Origin: Pocillopora damicornis
Lineage: Eukaryota
Direction of reading: 5' to 3'
DNA: 64,000 bases
Assembly: GCF_003704095.1 (NCBI RefSeq)
Contig: NW_020843530.1
Location: 62,001-126,000 of the forward strand
Made by a program: the position numbers and the translations under genes
Shown here: positions 27,231-39,636 of the stretch, in pieces
Layout: every line of letters starts with the position of its first letter
How positions within the stretch are numbered: the first letter of the stretch is position 1
The notes under the pieces: generated by a model
Database searches by the model: none
What the model was told of the DNA's origin: nothing
What the model saw: the letters and a program-made list of their open reading frames with translations, nothing else

Positions 27231-30200
27231 GATGATGATGATGATGATAAAAATGATAACAGTGGTAGTAGTAATGGGAATTTATTGGGCTAGTTCAAGA
27301 ACCTCACTGTTCCTCTGTTGATCTCTGCTCCAGGCCTCAATGATGATTAAATTATGCTTCTCTTAATTCTGCTTGCTAATCATCAATTATTTTTTATACA
27401 ACAAGGCATTCTGCATTATAGAACATTTGGCTATTTTCCCTTTCCACCATTCCATCTTTTGTCGGATAGAGCTCAGGTTATCATATTTTTGACCTTGCTT
27501 GCTTTGCAAATCAAGCAGCTCTTTTGGGCATTAATTGCTGATTGAAAGGATAAAATACTCTCTCTTTGAATAAATAAAATTTTTCTTCGAAGTTTCTTCC
27601 ATGTGCAGATCAAACCTATTAAGATATTTCTGTAAGGAAAAGTCTTCTTTTCAGTTACATGTCAGAGACACCCCTGAGAAATTATTTTGAGATGTTTAAC
27701 ATTTTTTGTAGTGTCATGGCATGAACTGAAAACACTACGTATTAAAGCAAATTAGCAAATATGCAAAGTATCTACTTAGCATAATTTGCTGATTCAAATG
27801 ATAAAATGCTCTCTCTACAAAGAAAAATTTTTCCTCTAAGTTTTCATGATGCACCGATCACAACATTTACAACATTCTTGTAGGGAAAAGCTTTGTTTTT
27901 TCACGTGCCATCCTGAAATTATTGTGAAATGTTTATTGGTCTTTTGCAGAACTAAAACAAACAATAAGTAGCAATGAGAATGAGATCTGAATTCTATTTT
28001 TGCCATCATACACTCACTCACTCACTGATCCTGACAACACATGTGGCCTCATATTGGAGGCAAAAACAGTGGATTAACAGCTGATCCCTGAACAAGAAGA
28101 CTTTCCATCCTCCACTTTCCTTCAGTGCATTTGCTTTAAAAAGATTACTGGCTATTTAGGGTAAGGTGCAAAATCTTCAGTTACTGTAAAATCACAGTCA
28201 TGATAATTGGGAAGTTCTACCGGGTCTGAATATGCTAAACTTTCTTCAAAAGCAGGCAACTTAATTTCCATTAAGCTTGTGACTAAATCTCAACATTGTG
28301 GTACGCATACATGCACATGTAACTTAATTATCTAAATATAAATACCACAGCAAGAGAGCATGATGAAACAAATCCTGCATTCTGATTGGGTATTTGAGCC
28401 TTACTCCCCTACTTAGTTCTTCCAGGAAGTTACTTTATTTTAGCATAATAATGACAAGTCTGTTATGAACCAAGTTTAAGATCAAGATGGCTGAATTTCA
28501 GCCACATTTATGGCCCTCATTAATTCATCTCAAGCCAAGAAAATACCATCTTGACCTCAGTCTTGGTTAATCATGCAGAAACACAAGTAAGTTAGTGTAA
28601 ATGATATCATTACCTTCAGTTTTTTAAGTACACCAATGCCCTTTAACTTCTCAATGTTATTGTAGGATATCCAGAGTTCTTCAAGAGTCTCTGCTACAGC
28701 TTCCTGTGAAAACAATAACCACAAATAACTACAGTTGTAGAACTCAGCTAACTTGAACTTTGTTAACTCATACTCCCCACTAACTTGGAGTTTGAGTTAG
28801 AGTACAACTGTACATGTACTGTAGCAAGCCCTAGGATTTCAAACCCCAAAGAGTACATCTCTTACACCTGGGAACTCATGGAAAATCACAAGAAAACAAT
28901 AGTAAAATGGTTTCTTTCAATTTGCTCAATGTTTCAAGGATTTGCCATACATGATGGTCATCATTGTGCCATTCTCCTCAATACTCCACTAAGCCATCAT
29001 GATAAAAAGAAAACATAACTGCAATGGATTACTTTTCCTGAGAAATCTTGATCCATCATCATTGACACCAGGAGGTCCCATTGTCTTATTGGTTTGAGGT
29101 TTCAGGAGGTGAGATAGTCTCCTGGCATGGCACAAGCTTCATGAGCTCAAATCTTGCATTTGATTTTGGGAGGAATACAACTACTTTGAGCGAATTAACA
29201 GAGTATATAGATTTGAGAGATTTTTGTAAAAGTTTGCCAAAATATCCTAGGAATTAGGACACATGAAAGTGTGTTGGGAAATTTTGATATTTGAAATATT
29301 TGTCCCACAGGGTCCATTTGCGCAACATGACTTGCATATTTTTAGCTACTCCAACTTTAGATGGCGATATCTACACAACCAATCAGACCATCAAAAAAGC
29401 CTGACACACTTTTGTTGATTGATGCCTTTTGAATGAGACTGTGCATCCATTTTGCTTATGCTGCAGCATCTGATACCCAATAAATCCAATTAAGAATCTT
29501 TGGTCATTTCACGTCTTACCAGCTCCTGACACTTCCTTAAAGGAAAAGTTGCTTAAATTATATTTTTATTGTAAACTGCATTTTTCAAGCTTTCTTCTGA
29601 TATATAGTTTGCTAGGATTTTAGTGAATCTGGCACATGTACAAATTTCTTCCAGAAAGACACCAGCCAAAGTGGGAAGTAAGCTTAAGCTGCTTATGGGT
29701 TAGATGAGTAAGAAAGGCAAAGTCAGATGAAAAAGCACAAATAAAGACAAGGAAACTCACACATCATAAAATACTTGACAAAGTTTATAGAGGAAAAACA
29801 TAACAAGTACTACTCAATCGGCCCAAAAGGGTGTTGCTTCAGTTCACTTACCAAGCCATTAAGATTTTTTATGTTATTTCTTCCCAGTGACAGAATTTTC
29901 AGATTCCCTATAAATAAATAAATGAGGTAAACCGATATTTGATTATTTCATAATTAGTTTAAGAGGAAACATCTAGCTTGCAGTCATCAACAAAAATTCA
30001 GCTACTATGCCTTGGTGCAACCTCTCATATCTTTTATACAAACCCACACAAACCTAAAAGTTATTCAGCTTTGGCACTGTAAAGCAGAGCTGGTAAATCT
30101 CTTAACTTTTCTCAATGTTACATAAAACATGTATAATCATTCAATTATAAACCAGACAAACAGCCTGTCTTTTGACATAAAAGTGCATTTTTGGCACATA

Positions 30201-33200
30201 CATGTTAAAGACAAAGCTTTGCACACAGAGGAAAGGACACAAAAAATTCCACCTAGAAAAATAATCAAGGGTATCTGCAGTCCAAGATCAGATCATTCCA
30301 TGAAAAAGTTAGGGTAATTTGCTCCTTATTAGAGTCAGTTTGTCTAAAATTTACCTAATCTTTATTAGTAAGATAGATGAATAGAGAGAAAAAAATTGAC
30401 TAAAACAATTGAGTGTTTCTCAAGGTTAATTAATCAGTGTTGATATCAACACTACAGCAATCCTAACATTCAAAATAAGTTGAGTTCATTTGGTGTCTAG
30501 TCATTTTCATCCATGACTTAATAAGTTCAGAGTATTCACTGTATTTCTGAAGGTTTTCAAAATACAGTGTCTAGAAAGCTCCCTCAGAATATTGTATAGT
30601 TTGTATGACCACAGAACAAAGTGAACAAATACCACAAACAGATGAAAGAAGGTTAGATCTGAGCTTGGCCAACATATCCCTTGATATTTCCAATTACCAA
30701 GCATGAACATATGATAAATAGTATATAACATGAAACTTTTCTTGGAAGTTACAAGAGATTTTTTTTCGTACATAGTTTTCAAATTTTTTCCTGAGTCCTA
30801 TCAGACACTCTGCTGCAGAATAACTCTTTCATTTCTCAATATATGGCCAATATCAAAGAACTGTAATTACTTAAATGTATAAAAGCTGCATCAAAATACA
30901 ACAATTTAACATTTAAAACAATGATCAACATGAACATTATGGGATAGGAAAGCAAAACATTTGCCTATAAACTTACGTAAACCATTAAGGTTGGCAATTT
31001 TTTCAATGCAGTTTGTGGATAAGGACAGTTTCCTGTGAGGTGATCAAATGTTCACTGTGATTAGAATTGGAGTTGATGTATTATTTGCATATGACAGTGA
31101 CAGCTTACATATACTAAAGTAATTGCGAACCAGTAGTTAAAAATTAAATTAAAAGCCTTCAGCTAATGATGGAATAAGATAATGTTTCTACATTTGTGTG
31201 TAACACTTAAATACACATAGCTATTTTAAGTGAAATGATTGCGCTGAAAATCAAACCTGTACAAGAGCACCAAAAGCTGAGCAAATTAGGACCAAGCAAA
31301 GGGCATACTGCATGGTCTCAAATTACCAACACAATAGGCAATGTACATGTACATGTAATTTAAAGTGAATCGTCCTTTGCCCAAGCACAGTCAAACCTGC
31401 ATTGAGCAGCACTGTATTAAGTGGTCACCATTTATTAAGCAGTCTGTTGTCAAAGACCCAATATTGTTACCCCTTAATTTTGTAACTGTAATTTTCACAT
31501 CAGTCTATAACAAGCAGTCACCTCTATTGAGGTGTTGTGGCCACCTTTTACTGAGTCCCAACACCTTTTGGAATTGTCCTCTACCTGTACTGGATGGTTA
31601 CTCAATGTGAAACCACACATATAAAACTAATCTTTCAAGTAAAACTTAATCCATTTTTTATCTTCCAAGAGAGTTTTTGTACATAGCAAAAACTGGCTAT
31701 TTTTTTTTTATGTTTTCAAAAATACCCCTATTCTGTGGTCACTCTGCTATTCCTTGTGGGTGACTGCTTAACATAGGCTTGAATGTTATCCTATGTTACC
31801 ATAATTTCCAGCCGTTTACCTGCACGGGTGATTACACACACCGGCCGATTATTGCATACGACAAAAAAAAAAGTCAACAGATCACCTGCACTGATGGATA
31901 ACCCACACGTTATGTTATTAAACTTTTTGGTGGCGAAAACTTGACATTAAAGTGATACATTTCAGTCTTTTAAAAGTTGTCTGATCTAACTTTCGAAAAC
32001 TTGAAAGCTTCTTTGTCGAGTTTAAAGGTCAAAGAAATTCAGACAAGTGCACAATTCTGTGTCAATATTAGCATGTACTTTATTGATGAAATTATACAGT
32101 AAAAACACTAGCGGCCCATGCGCAAATCTCAATGTTTCATACTTGACAGAATGCAAATTTGTGGCCACATTTTGTGCGAGCGATCGTTCAGCGCCATGTT
32201 GATTTGTTGAAAGAACCTGGGTGAGTGTTAAAACTTGAATAATAAAGCACTGTCTGCGATTTCTGAAAAAAATAGATGTCTCCAGTTCTATTGGGCCTAA
32301 CAAGTCCCTTAAAACGGGAAAATTCTCTTCAGCTCAAGCTAGTGTTAAATGGAGATTTGTTATTGATGCGCAAGATATCTTTGGATTATTTTTTTCACCA
32401 TCAAGGTTTTGTTTTCACGCGTGCCGATAACAATTTGTTCGTCACGCAACCAATTTTGCATGAAATTAACTTGAGTCAGCATCATGTTTTTGTGCTGCTT
32501 TGTGACACTCTTACTACAATAAAATTCATTTGAGAGGTGGAAATGCATGTAGGTGAGAATTTTTTTCAATTCAACTACCAGTAGATTTTAAAATTGTCAC
32601 ATAACCCGCATCGCCCTATTACCCGCAGTGGCATGCGTTTAATGCAAAATCAACAGATTACCCATGGGTAAACAACTGGAAATTACGGTAGTTCCTTTGT
32701 CTGATAAATTTAATAAATAGAGAAGGCTTAACTGTTCTCTGTTCTGTTCTAAAGTAGTCAAATGTTTCTTTCCATTTCTTGAGTGCTCTAGCTGCTTCCT
32801 GCATGCTTTACAACAGAACAGAGCACAGTCAAGGCTTCTTTATTTGTTTTATGGTAAAGAATCCTTTAAATTCTCCCTGTATCACTTTCAATTTTCAAAA
32901 CAAACTTTCTTTTCAAAGTGAACAACAGTGTCATCAGCATGCTCCATACTCTAACAAAGCATGCTACAATAAGCCAATCTGAAGCCTTGTTAGAATGGTT
33001 CAAATAATGTGATTGGTTATTCATTAGTATGAATTTTAAGAGTTGTGCCAGTTTGGATATATTTTTCATCATTCCTATTTTGATCTGTATTGTTTTTGAA
33101 CACGAAACTATATATACTATGCAAGTGTTAGCTGTGTTTGATTTTAATTACTGTACTAAGCTTCCAGTCTAACTGAGTGTGAAAACCTCCAAAACTTGAA

Positions 33201-34428
33201 CTGTCTATTTTGTTTTCTCTTTGAGGATTTTCGTCTCTGCTCACATCATAATAATGTGAATTACCGCCCTTTGCATGTTTACAAAACTTTGTTTGCTTCT
33301 TCTGTTGCTACTTACTGGATCACTTGTTCCAAAATTTCACTTTCAATAAACAAAAAAAACTAGAGAGAGGTCCCAGAAAAGGTTGGACATAGTACAATTT
33401 GGAAGATGGCCTGACAGCTTTAGCTCAGCTCTATGCTTTTCACTCTGATAGAGCACACTCTTTCAACCAATGACAGCATATGTTGCATCCAAACTTTCTT
33501 ATAAAACTTAATAAATCTTCCATATGAAGTTTAAAACTAATTTTAGAATACAAGCATACTTACACACAGTTTGTAAGAGTAGATAAGGAAGCATCCATCT
33601 TTTCTATTGGAGGATACTGTGCATATAGCTTGACTTCATCTGATTCTGATGCTTTTTTCTCATGTTTCTGTTCCTGTTTATCACAAATGCAGTACAAAAT
33701 TAAATGCTTGGGTAACTGAGTTTATGCCAAACTACCATTGAGACTTCACATCTACTTTCCAAACATATTTTTGATTTGAAATGACTATAATAACTTAAAA
33801 GTTATTTAAACTGATACTATCATTGCTTTAAGCTTACTCAATTTTCTTTAGGAAATACTTGGGCAACGAACAGAACTTTCTACCCAGCCAGAGTACCATG
33901 GCACTAACTTGCTGTGCTATGAACTTGAAATACCGGTACTCAAAAAAAAAATCCCTGTAACTGTGATAAGAACTTTTCATTTTTATGTATTAAGAGAACT
34001 GTATATGGTCGTGAGTGGAATCGTTCTCCAGCACGTACTAAGTACTAAGCACTAACACGTACCATAAAAGACGTAAATTGCAAGTGCAAAGTAAACTTAC
34101 TGTAAGTGAAATTCAGATTTCAATCTTGTCACTAATACCAACCCTAACAACTAAACACAACAATAAACTATGCTGTTTTCAAAACTAAATACCCAAAGTA
34201 TGTATGAAGAAAACAGCTCTAACACTTCTGCAAATCCTTCTATTTCACGTTCACCATCGGTGTTTAGGGTGTATTACTATTGATATCTAATTAACTAATA
34301 CAACAGCTTACCCATTTTGCCAAGGCATCCTTGATTGTTGTTCCCTTCGACTAAGACAAAACAGAGACGAATCTTTTATAGACTACTTTTCAAACAGAAG
34401 TTTTTTTTATCAAGACAGTACGTACCAT
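24002..34428 (-). CDS. DNAL1: Dynein axonemal light chain 1 (LRR outer-arm dynein light chain LC1), 193 aa
   Basis: Exons (minus) 34426-34428 (ATG only), 34312-34350, 33564-33673, 30977-31032, 29852-29907, 28614-28703, 26876-26929, 25735-25771, 25534-25620, 24002-24051; 582 nt, open. Translation [156 protein letters not shown]... closely matches vertebrate DNAL1. Not represented in the ORF track. Confidence 0.96.
24962..25061. other. Assembly gap (100 N) flanked by an identical 52-nt duplication
   Basis: 24910-24961 is identical to 25062-25113. Confidence 0.97.
25340..25445. mobile_element. Fragment of the abundant TTAA-CCC...GGG-TTAA MITE family
   Basis: GTTGATCCAATACCAAATTCTC...AAGAATTGTATGG.AGACAGTAAGGAGAATT...GAGATCTTGGGGTGAAAG is shared with copies at 50359, 59504 and 61980. 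Confidence 0.65.
27196..27275. repeat. Imperfect (ATA/ATG/GTA)n trinucleotide microsatellite
   Basis: ataataatgataatgatagtaataataataataatgatgatgatgatgatgata... Confidence 0.8.
28732..28810. mobile_element. 79-bp Tc1/mariner-type MITE
   Basis: TA|CAGTTGTA...TACAACTG|TA: terminal inverted repeat with TA on both sides. Confidence 0.6.
31388..31785. mobile_element. Degenerate Tc1/mariner (Tigger-like) MITE
   Basis: Left end CAGTCAAACCT, right end AGGCTTGAATG (imperfect TIR); internal TATTAAG(C/T)(A/G)GTCACC-type repeats. Confidence 0.5.
31799..32688. mobile_element. 890-bp non-autonomous pogo/Tc1-type DNA transposon
   Basis: TA|CCATAATTTCCAGCCGTTTACC ... GGTAAACAACTGGAAATTACGG|TA: TIR 19/22 with TA target duplication. 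More CpG than the surrounding intron. Confidence 0.75.
32721..32839. repeat. Inverted-repeat (hairpin) element
   Basis: AGAAGGCTTAACTGTTCTCTGTTCTGTT versus AACAGAACAGAGCACAGTCAAGGCTTCT (25/28 complementary). Confidence 0.6.
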
Positions 34429-34495
34429 TTCTAATAAGGTTTCAGGAAATAAATATCAATGTGTCTGTGTTCTCTTTCCTTACTCGCAGAAACTC

Positions 34496-34571
34496 AACAT
34501 GGCGGATCTCTATGGGAACAGAGAAACCGCCCAAAAAGCATGACGGGGTGAAGAGAGTAAGACCGACCAAT
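34496..34571 (-). promoter_or_regulatory. DNAL1 promoter: RFX X-box with adjacent YY1-like, CRE half-site and CCAAT motifs
   Basis: ATCTCTATGGGAAC (34506-34519) fits the X-box consensus RTHNYYWTRRNRAC exactly, about 80 nt upstream of the DNAL1 ATG. AACATGGCGG at 34496-34505, TGACG at 34541-34545, CCAAT at 34567-34571. Confidence 0.6.
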
Positions 34572-34951
34572 CAGAGGAAAAGAATGAACAAATGGCGGAC
34601 GACATTAGTGGAAAGGGTTCTTAATGTTAAAAAGGAAAAACTTAGAGCTCTCGGGAAGGAATCTCAGCAATTCTCGTACGGATAAAATTGGAGACTCTGT
34701 TGTCGATATTAAACGGAACATTTTCCACATTCATCATCAAGAACAAGCAGCTCTTGCTGGGCGATTCCAGTGAAGATAACGATATCCCTTACAATGTTTC
34801 CTGGAAGACATCTATCAGTTTCAACGTCCTTGATCTTCTTGAGGAGTGTTTGATGATCATTGCGCATAGCAACATTAGATTCCACGAAATATGTAAAGTT
34901 GCAAGAGTTTAGCCTTTGAAAACTTATTTCGTCCTTATTTATCCCAAATTG

Positions 34952-35046
34952 CACTCGAAATCATGTAATTACCTGAACTAATTACACTCGAAATAATGTG
35001 ATTCCGTAAACAGATACCACTCGTAACATGTCATTACCTATACTAA
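34952..35046. repeat. Three degenerate 33-nt tandem units, probably the end of an interspersed repeat
   Basis: CACTCG(A/T)AA..ATGT.ATT.C.T..ACTAA units start at 34952, 34985 and 35018. Confidence 0.55.
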
Positions 35047-36443
35047 AAATAATCATAATAACTTTATTGTTTTTTTAGAGGGCACGGTAACGAATCTTGC
35101 AATCTGATTGGTTCTTTACCCGGTCAGTATTTTCCTATCTCTGCCCACGGGCCACGGTAACGCTTTCGTGAGTCGCCGAGTACATCCCAACTTTCGTTGT
35201 CATTTTTCATAAATATACCTCGTTTTCCGGCTGGGCAGTATTTTTAAGCAAACACGTCGGTCACTACCTCAAGCTGATAAATAACTTATGAATCCTCTCT
35301 TTTCTCTATATCAAATCACTTTGGTTGACAGAAAAATATTGGTTTCAGAATGAATTTGTATAAACAATAGTGTCATCACGGTGGTTGACAAGCGGCCTAA
35401 AAACCGTCTGCAATTAATTTTAATCGTTCACAAAAAGTACCCAGAAAGTTGAAACGTGAGGTATTTGGTTACAGTTAAACTAAACGATGGAACTTTCATT
35501 CATTTAATATCCGAATTTTCTCGAGGGAAAACTAGCTGCTGCAAGAATAAGGTGTGACTTGCGTGTCCCACTGTTTGAAGTGAATATCTTGCAGCCCCCA
35601 TCTCAAAGTTATTGTTTGTCTCTCGTTGTTCGTGTCGCCGCTCTTTAAGATTTAGTCAGACTAAAGGATGAAAAAACGAAACAAAAATGAATGCAAAGTG
35701 TCCACCTTTAGAATAATGACGTCAACTGATAAAATTGGTATCGGTACTTTGCATAATGTTTCCCCTTATGAATATAAATTTTATCTGTGTTGGTTGCAAG
35801 TACAACTGAGGTGAAATTTACTTTTTTTTGTTTGAAAGGTAAGAGACCATAAGAATATATCAAGAACACTGGCAAAATTATCTCTATATTTTACTAATAG
35901 ATAGGAGCAAGGTAAATCTAAAAAAATTTAAACTTAAAAATCTCCGAGGAGGTTGTAAAATACTTTAATGCTAAATGATTTTTCGAATTAAGATGTTTGC
36001 TAACTGAAGACATCCATGCTGCATTTTGGCATCAACATTGTAATATTTCAATCGGTATCAGATGAATGAAGAGCATCTCTTTTTGAAGCAATATTTTTTC
36101 TTTTGGATTTTAAACGTAAATTAATCAACTGATTCACGATTAAAACCTTTTATCATCTTTAACAGAGGTATGGCCTTCCATTGTTTGAGATTTCAATTAT
36201 AAGATTCTTGTCCAAATGTACATCATAATGGGAAATCGCTGTAGAGCGGTCAGCATTTGAAATGGCTTCGTAGAAACAACATAAAGAAAACTTATTGTCA
36301 CCAAAGCTCTGCTAAGTACGCATACTAAGAAATTAGACCCTTTTCATTTCTCAGGCAATAATGTTTCATAAGCTAACCATAACCTTTAACATAGCCGCGT
36401 TTAACATAATCGTTGCGTTGTCTTATTGCACATTCTTGGAGAG

Positions 36444-37792
36444 GACATGCCCACCATATCCCAAACTGATTGACAAAGTGTATTCATGAAAGACGACTTC
36501 CACTATCTGAATGTGTCTCTCGTTGGGAAATCCACGGTGTATGACGCCATGGACTGCGCCTTTGAATGTCTCAGCAGTCCTTTGTGTTTTTCCTTTAACT
36601 TGGCCACCTTCAGAAGAGCTAAAGGAAAATTTTTGTGCAAGGTACTTTCCACTGATAAATACAGAACCGCCACACAATATGGTGGAAATATGAGTTCGCA
36701 TCGCTTCTCCACTGCGGTAGGTATCCTTAAGTGTCTTGATCATAGCTCCTTTCTCGAAATGCTTCTCTCAAGCGTGATTTCCTCGTCCTGTCTGAGCATA
36801 TACTATACACTTCAATGAATGATGCACAGAAAGTTGCTCAAAGATGCGTCCTTTGTTGTTGATAGAAACACAACTATGCTGATGAGTTCGTGACTAACAA
36901 CTTTACTTTACACATCTATATCGATTTATTAGTTATTCATTTATTTATTTTTGCAGTCTCCTTGTTCTTCCTCACCATGTCAAAACCAAGCTCTGTGTGT
37001 GACGAATTACAAATATGGTACCTTTAAATGTCTCTGTGGAGAAGGCTTCACAGGAGAGTTCTGGGAAAATGGTAGATGGCAGACACAACTGTTGTTTAAT
37101 TATTATTATTCTTAATTTTAGTACCAGTTGGATAATGATTAACGATCAAAGTTAAAGTGTCTTTAGGCAGGTACCTCTGTTGAATTTTTATCGTTCTTCC
37201 TAAAAATAATCATCAGTGATGATTTTCTGTTTCTGCATTTAGATCATAGAAAGACATGCAAAATACCACAAAACGAAGGCAAGTAATTAGAATGTTTAGG
37301 AGTACTTTATTGAAATTGAGCATATGACAAGAAATACACAAAATTTACTCAGAATTTGCATTCTATTTAAAATACATTGACCGCCATATATTTGCCACTT
37401 CAAGACAACAGGACTTATTTGAACATCAATAACCCGTGGAAAATTTGCGATAGAATAGAAGACACATACGTAGTGAGATCGCACCATTTTGGAATAGTAG
37501 ATTACGCAATGTCATTACTGATAGCCTTACTCTCAACCCCTCCACTATTCTACTATGTCCCACTTTGTTTTTGTCATCGCTAGACTTCGTAATTCATTTG
37601 ATTAAGACAATGTTTTTTTTTTTTGTTTTTTTTTTTACTACAAAATAATTTCGTTACTTGAAAACCAAATGGTCTTTTTGATTACTCATTCTACAAATCA
37701 AAACGTTACTCGACTGGTAAAGTTGATCTTGGACTCAAAACCAATTTTCATTCTTTATCACTGAGGAAGTCATGAAGATGGACGGTAGCAAG
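36444..37792 (+). pseudogene. Decayed PAN/apple-EGF-fibrinogen-like gene (coral skeletal-organic-matrix-protein-5-like family)
   Basis: PAN-like exon to 36716 (DCAFECLSSPLCFSFN...C) with an in-frame TGA at 36471-36473 just upstream. EGF exon 36957-37071 (CSSSPCQNQALC...CLCGEGFTGEFW) has its sixth Cys replaced by Trp. The last fragment QNVTRLVKLILDSKPIFILYH* is joined out of frame to VMKMDGSK|gt, and no further exons are visible. The family assignment is from recall. Confidence 0.65.
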
Positions 37793-38134
37793 GTACATGT
37801 TGACAATTTGCAAATCCTGTATCCTTGATTAATTTGAGCCCAATAAGTTAAGAATCGAAAATCCGATACGGATCCACATTGTATTTTTCCATTTTCATAG
37901 GTTTCCACCCAGAATCAGTAGAATTGCAACAACTACAACAAGGTTGCACTGTAACCAATGCGGAGAGAAAAAAACTCTTCAACTCAAGCCGGTGGTTGTA
38001 CCATCATGGTACAATCACGCTGTTGAAACATACCATTTTCACACCAAACTTCGAAAATTTACAGTGAAGCACTGTGTTTCTCGTTGTGATGGTTTGAAGG
38101 AGAATTCAAGAGCATTTTGATATCTCCCTTCGTT

Positions 38135-38840
38135 TTAATCACCGAGCTTAAAATTTACCATCTTCATTCACACCATCTTAAATAAGTTCATTGATAACAT
38201 CTTGTTGACATTCCAATGGTTGTAGTACGCTAAGTTTGTCACTATCGGACCTAGTCAAACCACTTAAGTCACCACTAGCCTCCATAGCTCAGTGGTAGAG
38301 CATCCGAAGTTTTAATCGGAAGGTTGTGAGAGCATTCGGAGGTTTTTTTATCCGAGTATGCCTGTGTCATTCTCTGAATAACACACTCGTTCACCTGAAT
38401 CACCACGCTTAAAAATTACAATTCTCATTTACATCATTGCAGATAAGCATTACATGTTAACATTCCTATCCTCGCAATATGCTGGAAGATTGTCACCATG
38501 GACCTGGCTAAATGGCCCAGCTTAGCAATAATCACCAATGGTGGTAGAGCAGCCGAAACACTAGTCAGGTTGTAAGTTCGAGTCTCGCTGGAAACTCTCA
38601 GAAAGGTTTGCCCCAAATTCTACCTTCCCCATTTACATCATCATTGCACATGAGCATCACGTATCGACATTCCTACCATCGCAGTATGCAGGCATTTTGT
38701 CATCATGAACCCAGGTAAACGGCCGAGCTTGCCACGAGTTTACTATGGTTCAGTGGTAGTGTCCGTAGTACTAATCGGAATGTCGAAGGTTCCAGTATTG
38801 GCAGCACTCCGAGTTTTTTCCCTCGGAGTATCCCTATGTC
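38135..38840 (+). repeat. Three degenerate tandem units of a tRNA-derived (SINE-like) repeat
   Basis: A-box TAGCTCAGTGG at 38225-38235, B-box GTTCGAGTC at 38576-38584, third head TGGTTCAGTGGTAG at about 38746. Shared spacer (GCTT)AAA.TT.AC..TT..CATT.ACA.CATC at about 38146, 38407 and 38611. No unit folds into a complete cloverleaf. Confidence 0.6.
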
Positions 38841-39636
38841 AAAGTATGGTGAAAAATGACAAATGACGACAGCACCACAAACAGAAAGTAATCGCGGGGA
38901 GCTTCCTTAAGCAAAGAAACGGATATTCAACACGATAGTAAAAACAGGAAAAAAACCATAACCTCTCCATCTTGTCGATCTTCCCCAAAAGAACAACTGC
39001 AAAGTACGATAAATTACGTGTAATGCGTGACAACACGCAATGTTCCCACGGATATTGTGATAGAACTGACATCCAAACAAAAGACACTCGTCTCAGCATA
39101 CACAACAAAAAAGCTTGCCTTCCAATCACGGTAGTGGTTGTTTTGTGCTTGTGCAGAGGAACGGTACGGGCGGCAAAGCCTAAAGCCTGAATCTAATTGG
39201 TGCGAGCAACATACCACTTCAACAACCAAGACTTTACTTTAATATTTATGTTTGTTTTCAAAACTAACTCAACAACAACTCAAAAATAAATCCTTAGAGT
39301 CAGGGAATAATAACCACCTAAACATTATCCGCGTGGGTGACCCTCCACTTTCAAGCAATTGCCGAGAACGTTTGAAACAGCCCTCTATATGCGATTCTCT
39401 AAATTACAAGCAAAATTGTATCATAACAGAAGCTGCTCATAGCCTTTCCAAAATTATGTTTCTTTAGTAATGCCTGAAGAAATTGGGTTCCTTTCCGGCC
39501 ACGTGGCTGGAAAAGTTCACTTGGCTATTTTTCCATCCAGGTCTCTCTATAATTCTTGACTTTGCATACATGATGTGGTGGTTCATCCAGGAATACTTTT
39601 CGTCCTATGATCCTTTGCGACATCTTAATCGTAATG

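Noticed and set aside
29030-29125. Minus-strand peptide [14 protein letters not shown], reminiscent of a LINE endonuclease motif
   Set aside because: Too short, with no flanking endonuclease or RT motifs.
34335-34954. ORFs 34335-34685, 34688-34912 and 34709-34954 as a gene divergent from DNAL1
   Set aside because: Non-ATG starts and no domain. They overlap the DNAL1 5' end and what looks like an interspersed repeat ending in the 33-nt units.
38218-38300. Functional tRNA gene
   Set aside because: D-arm/A-box present but the T-arm/B-box and 3' acceptor strand are missing; part of a degenerate tandem repeat.
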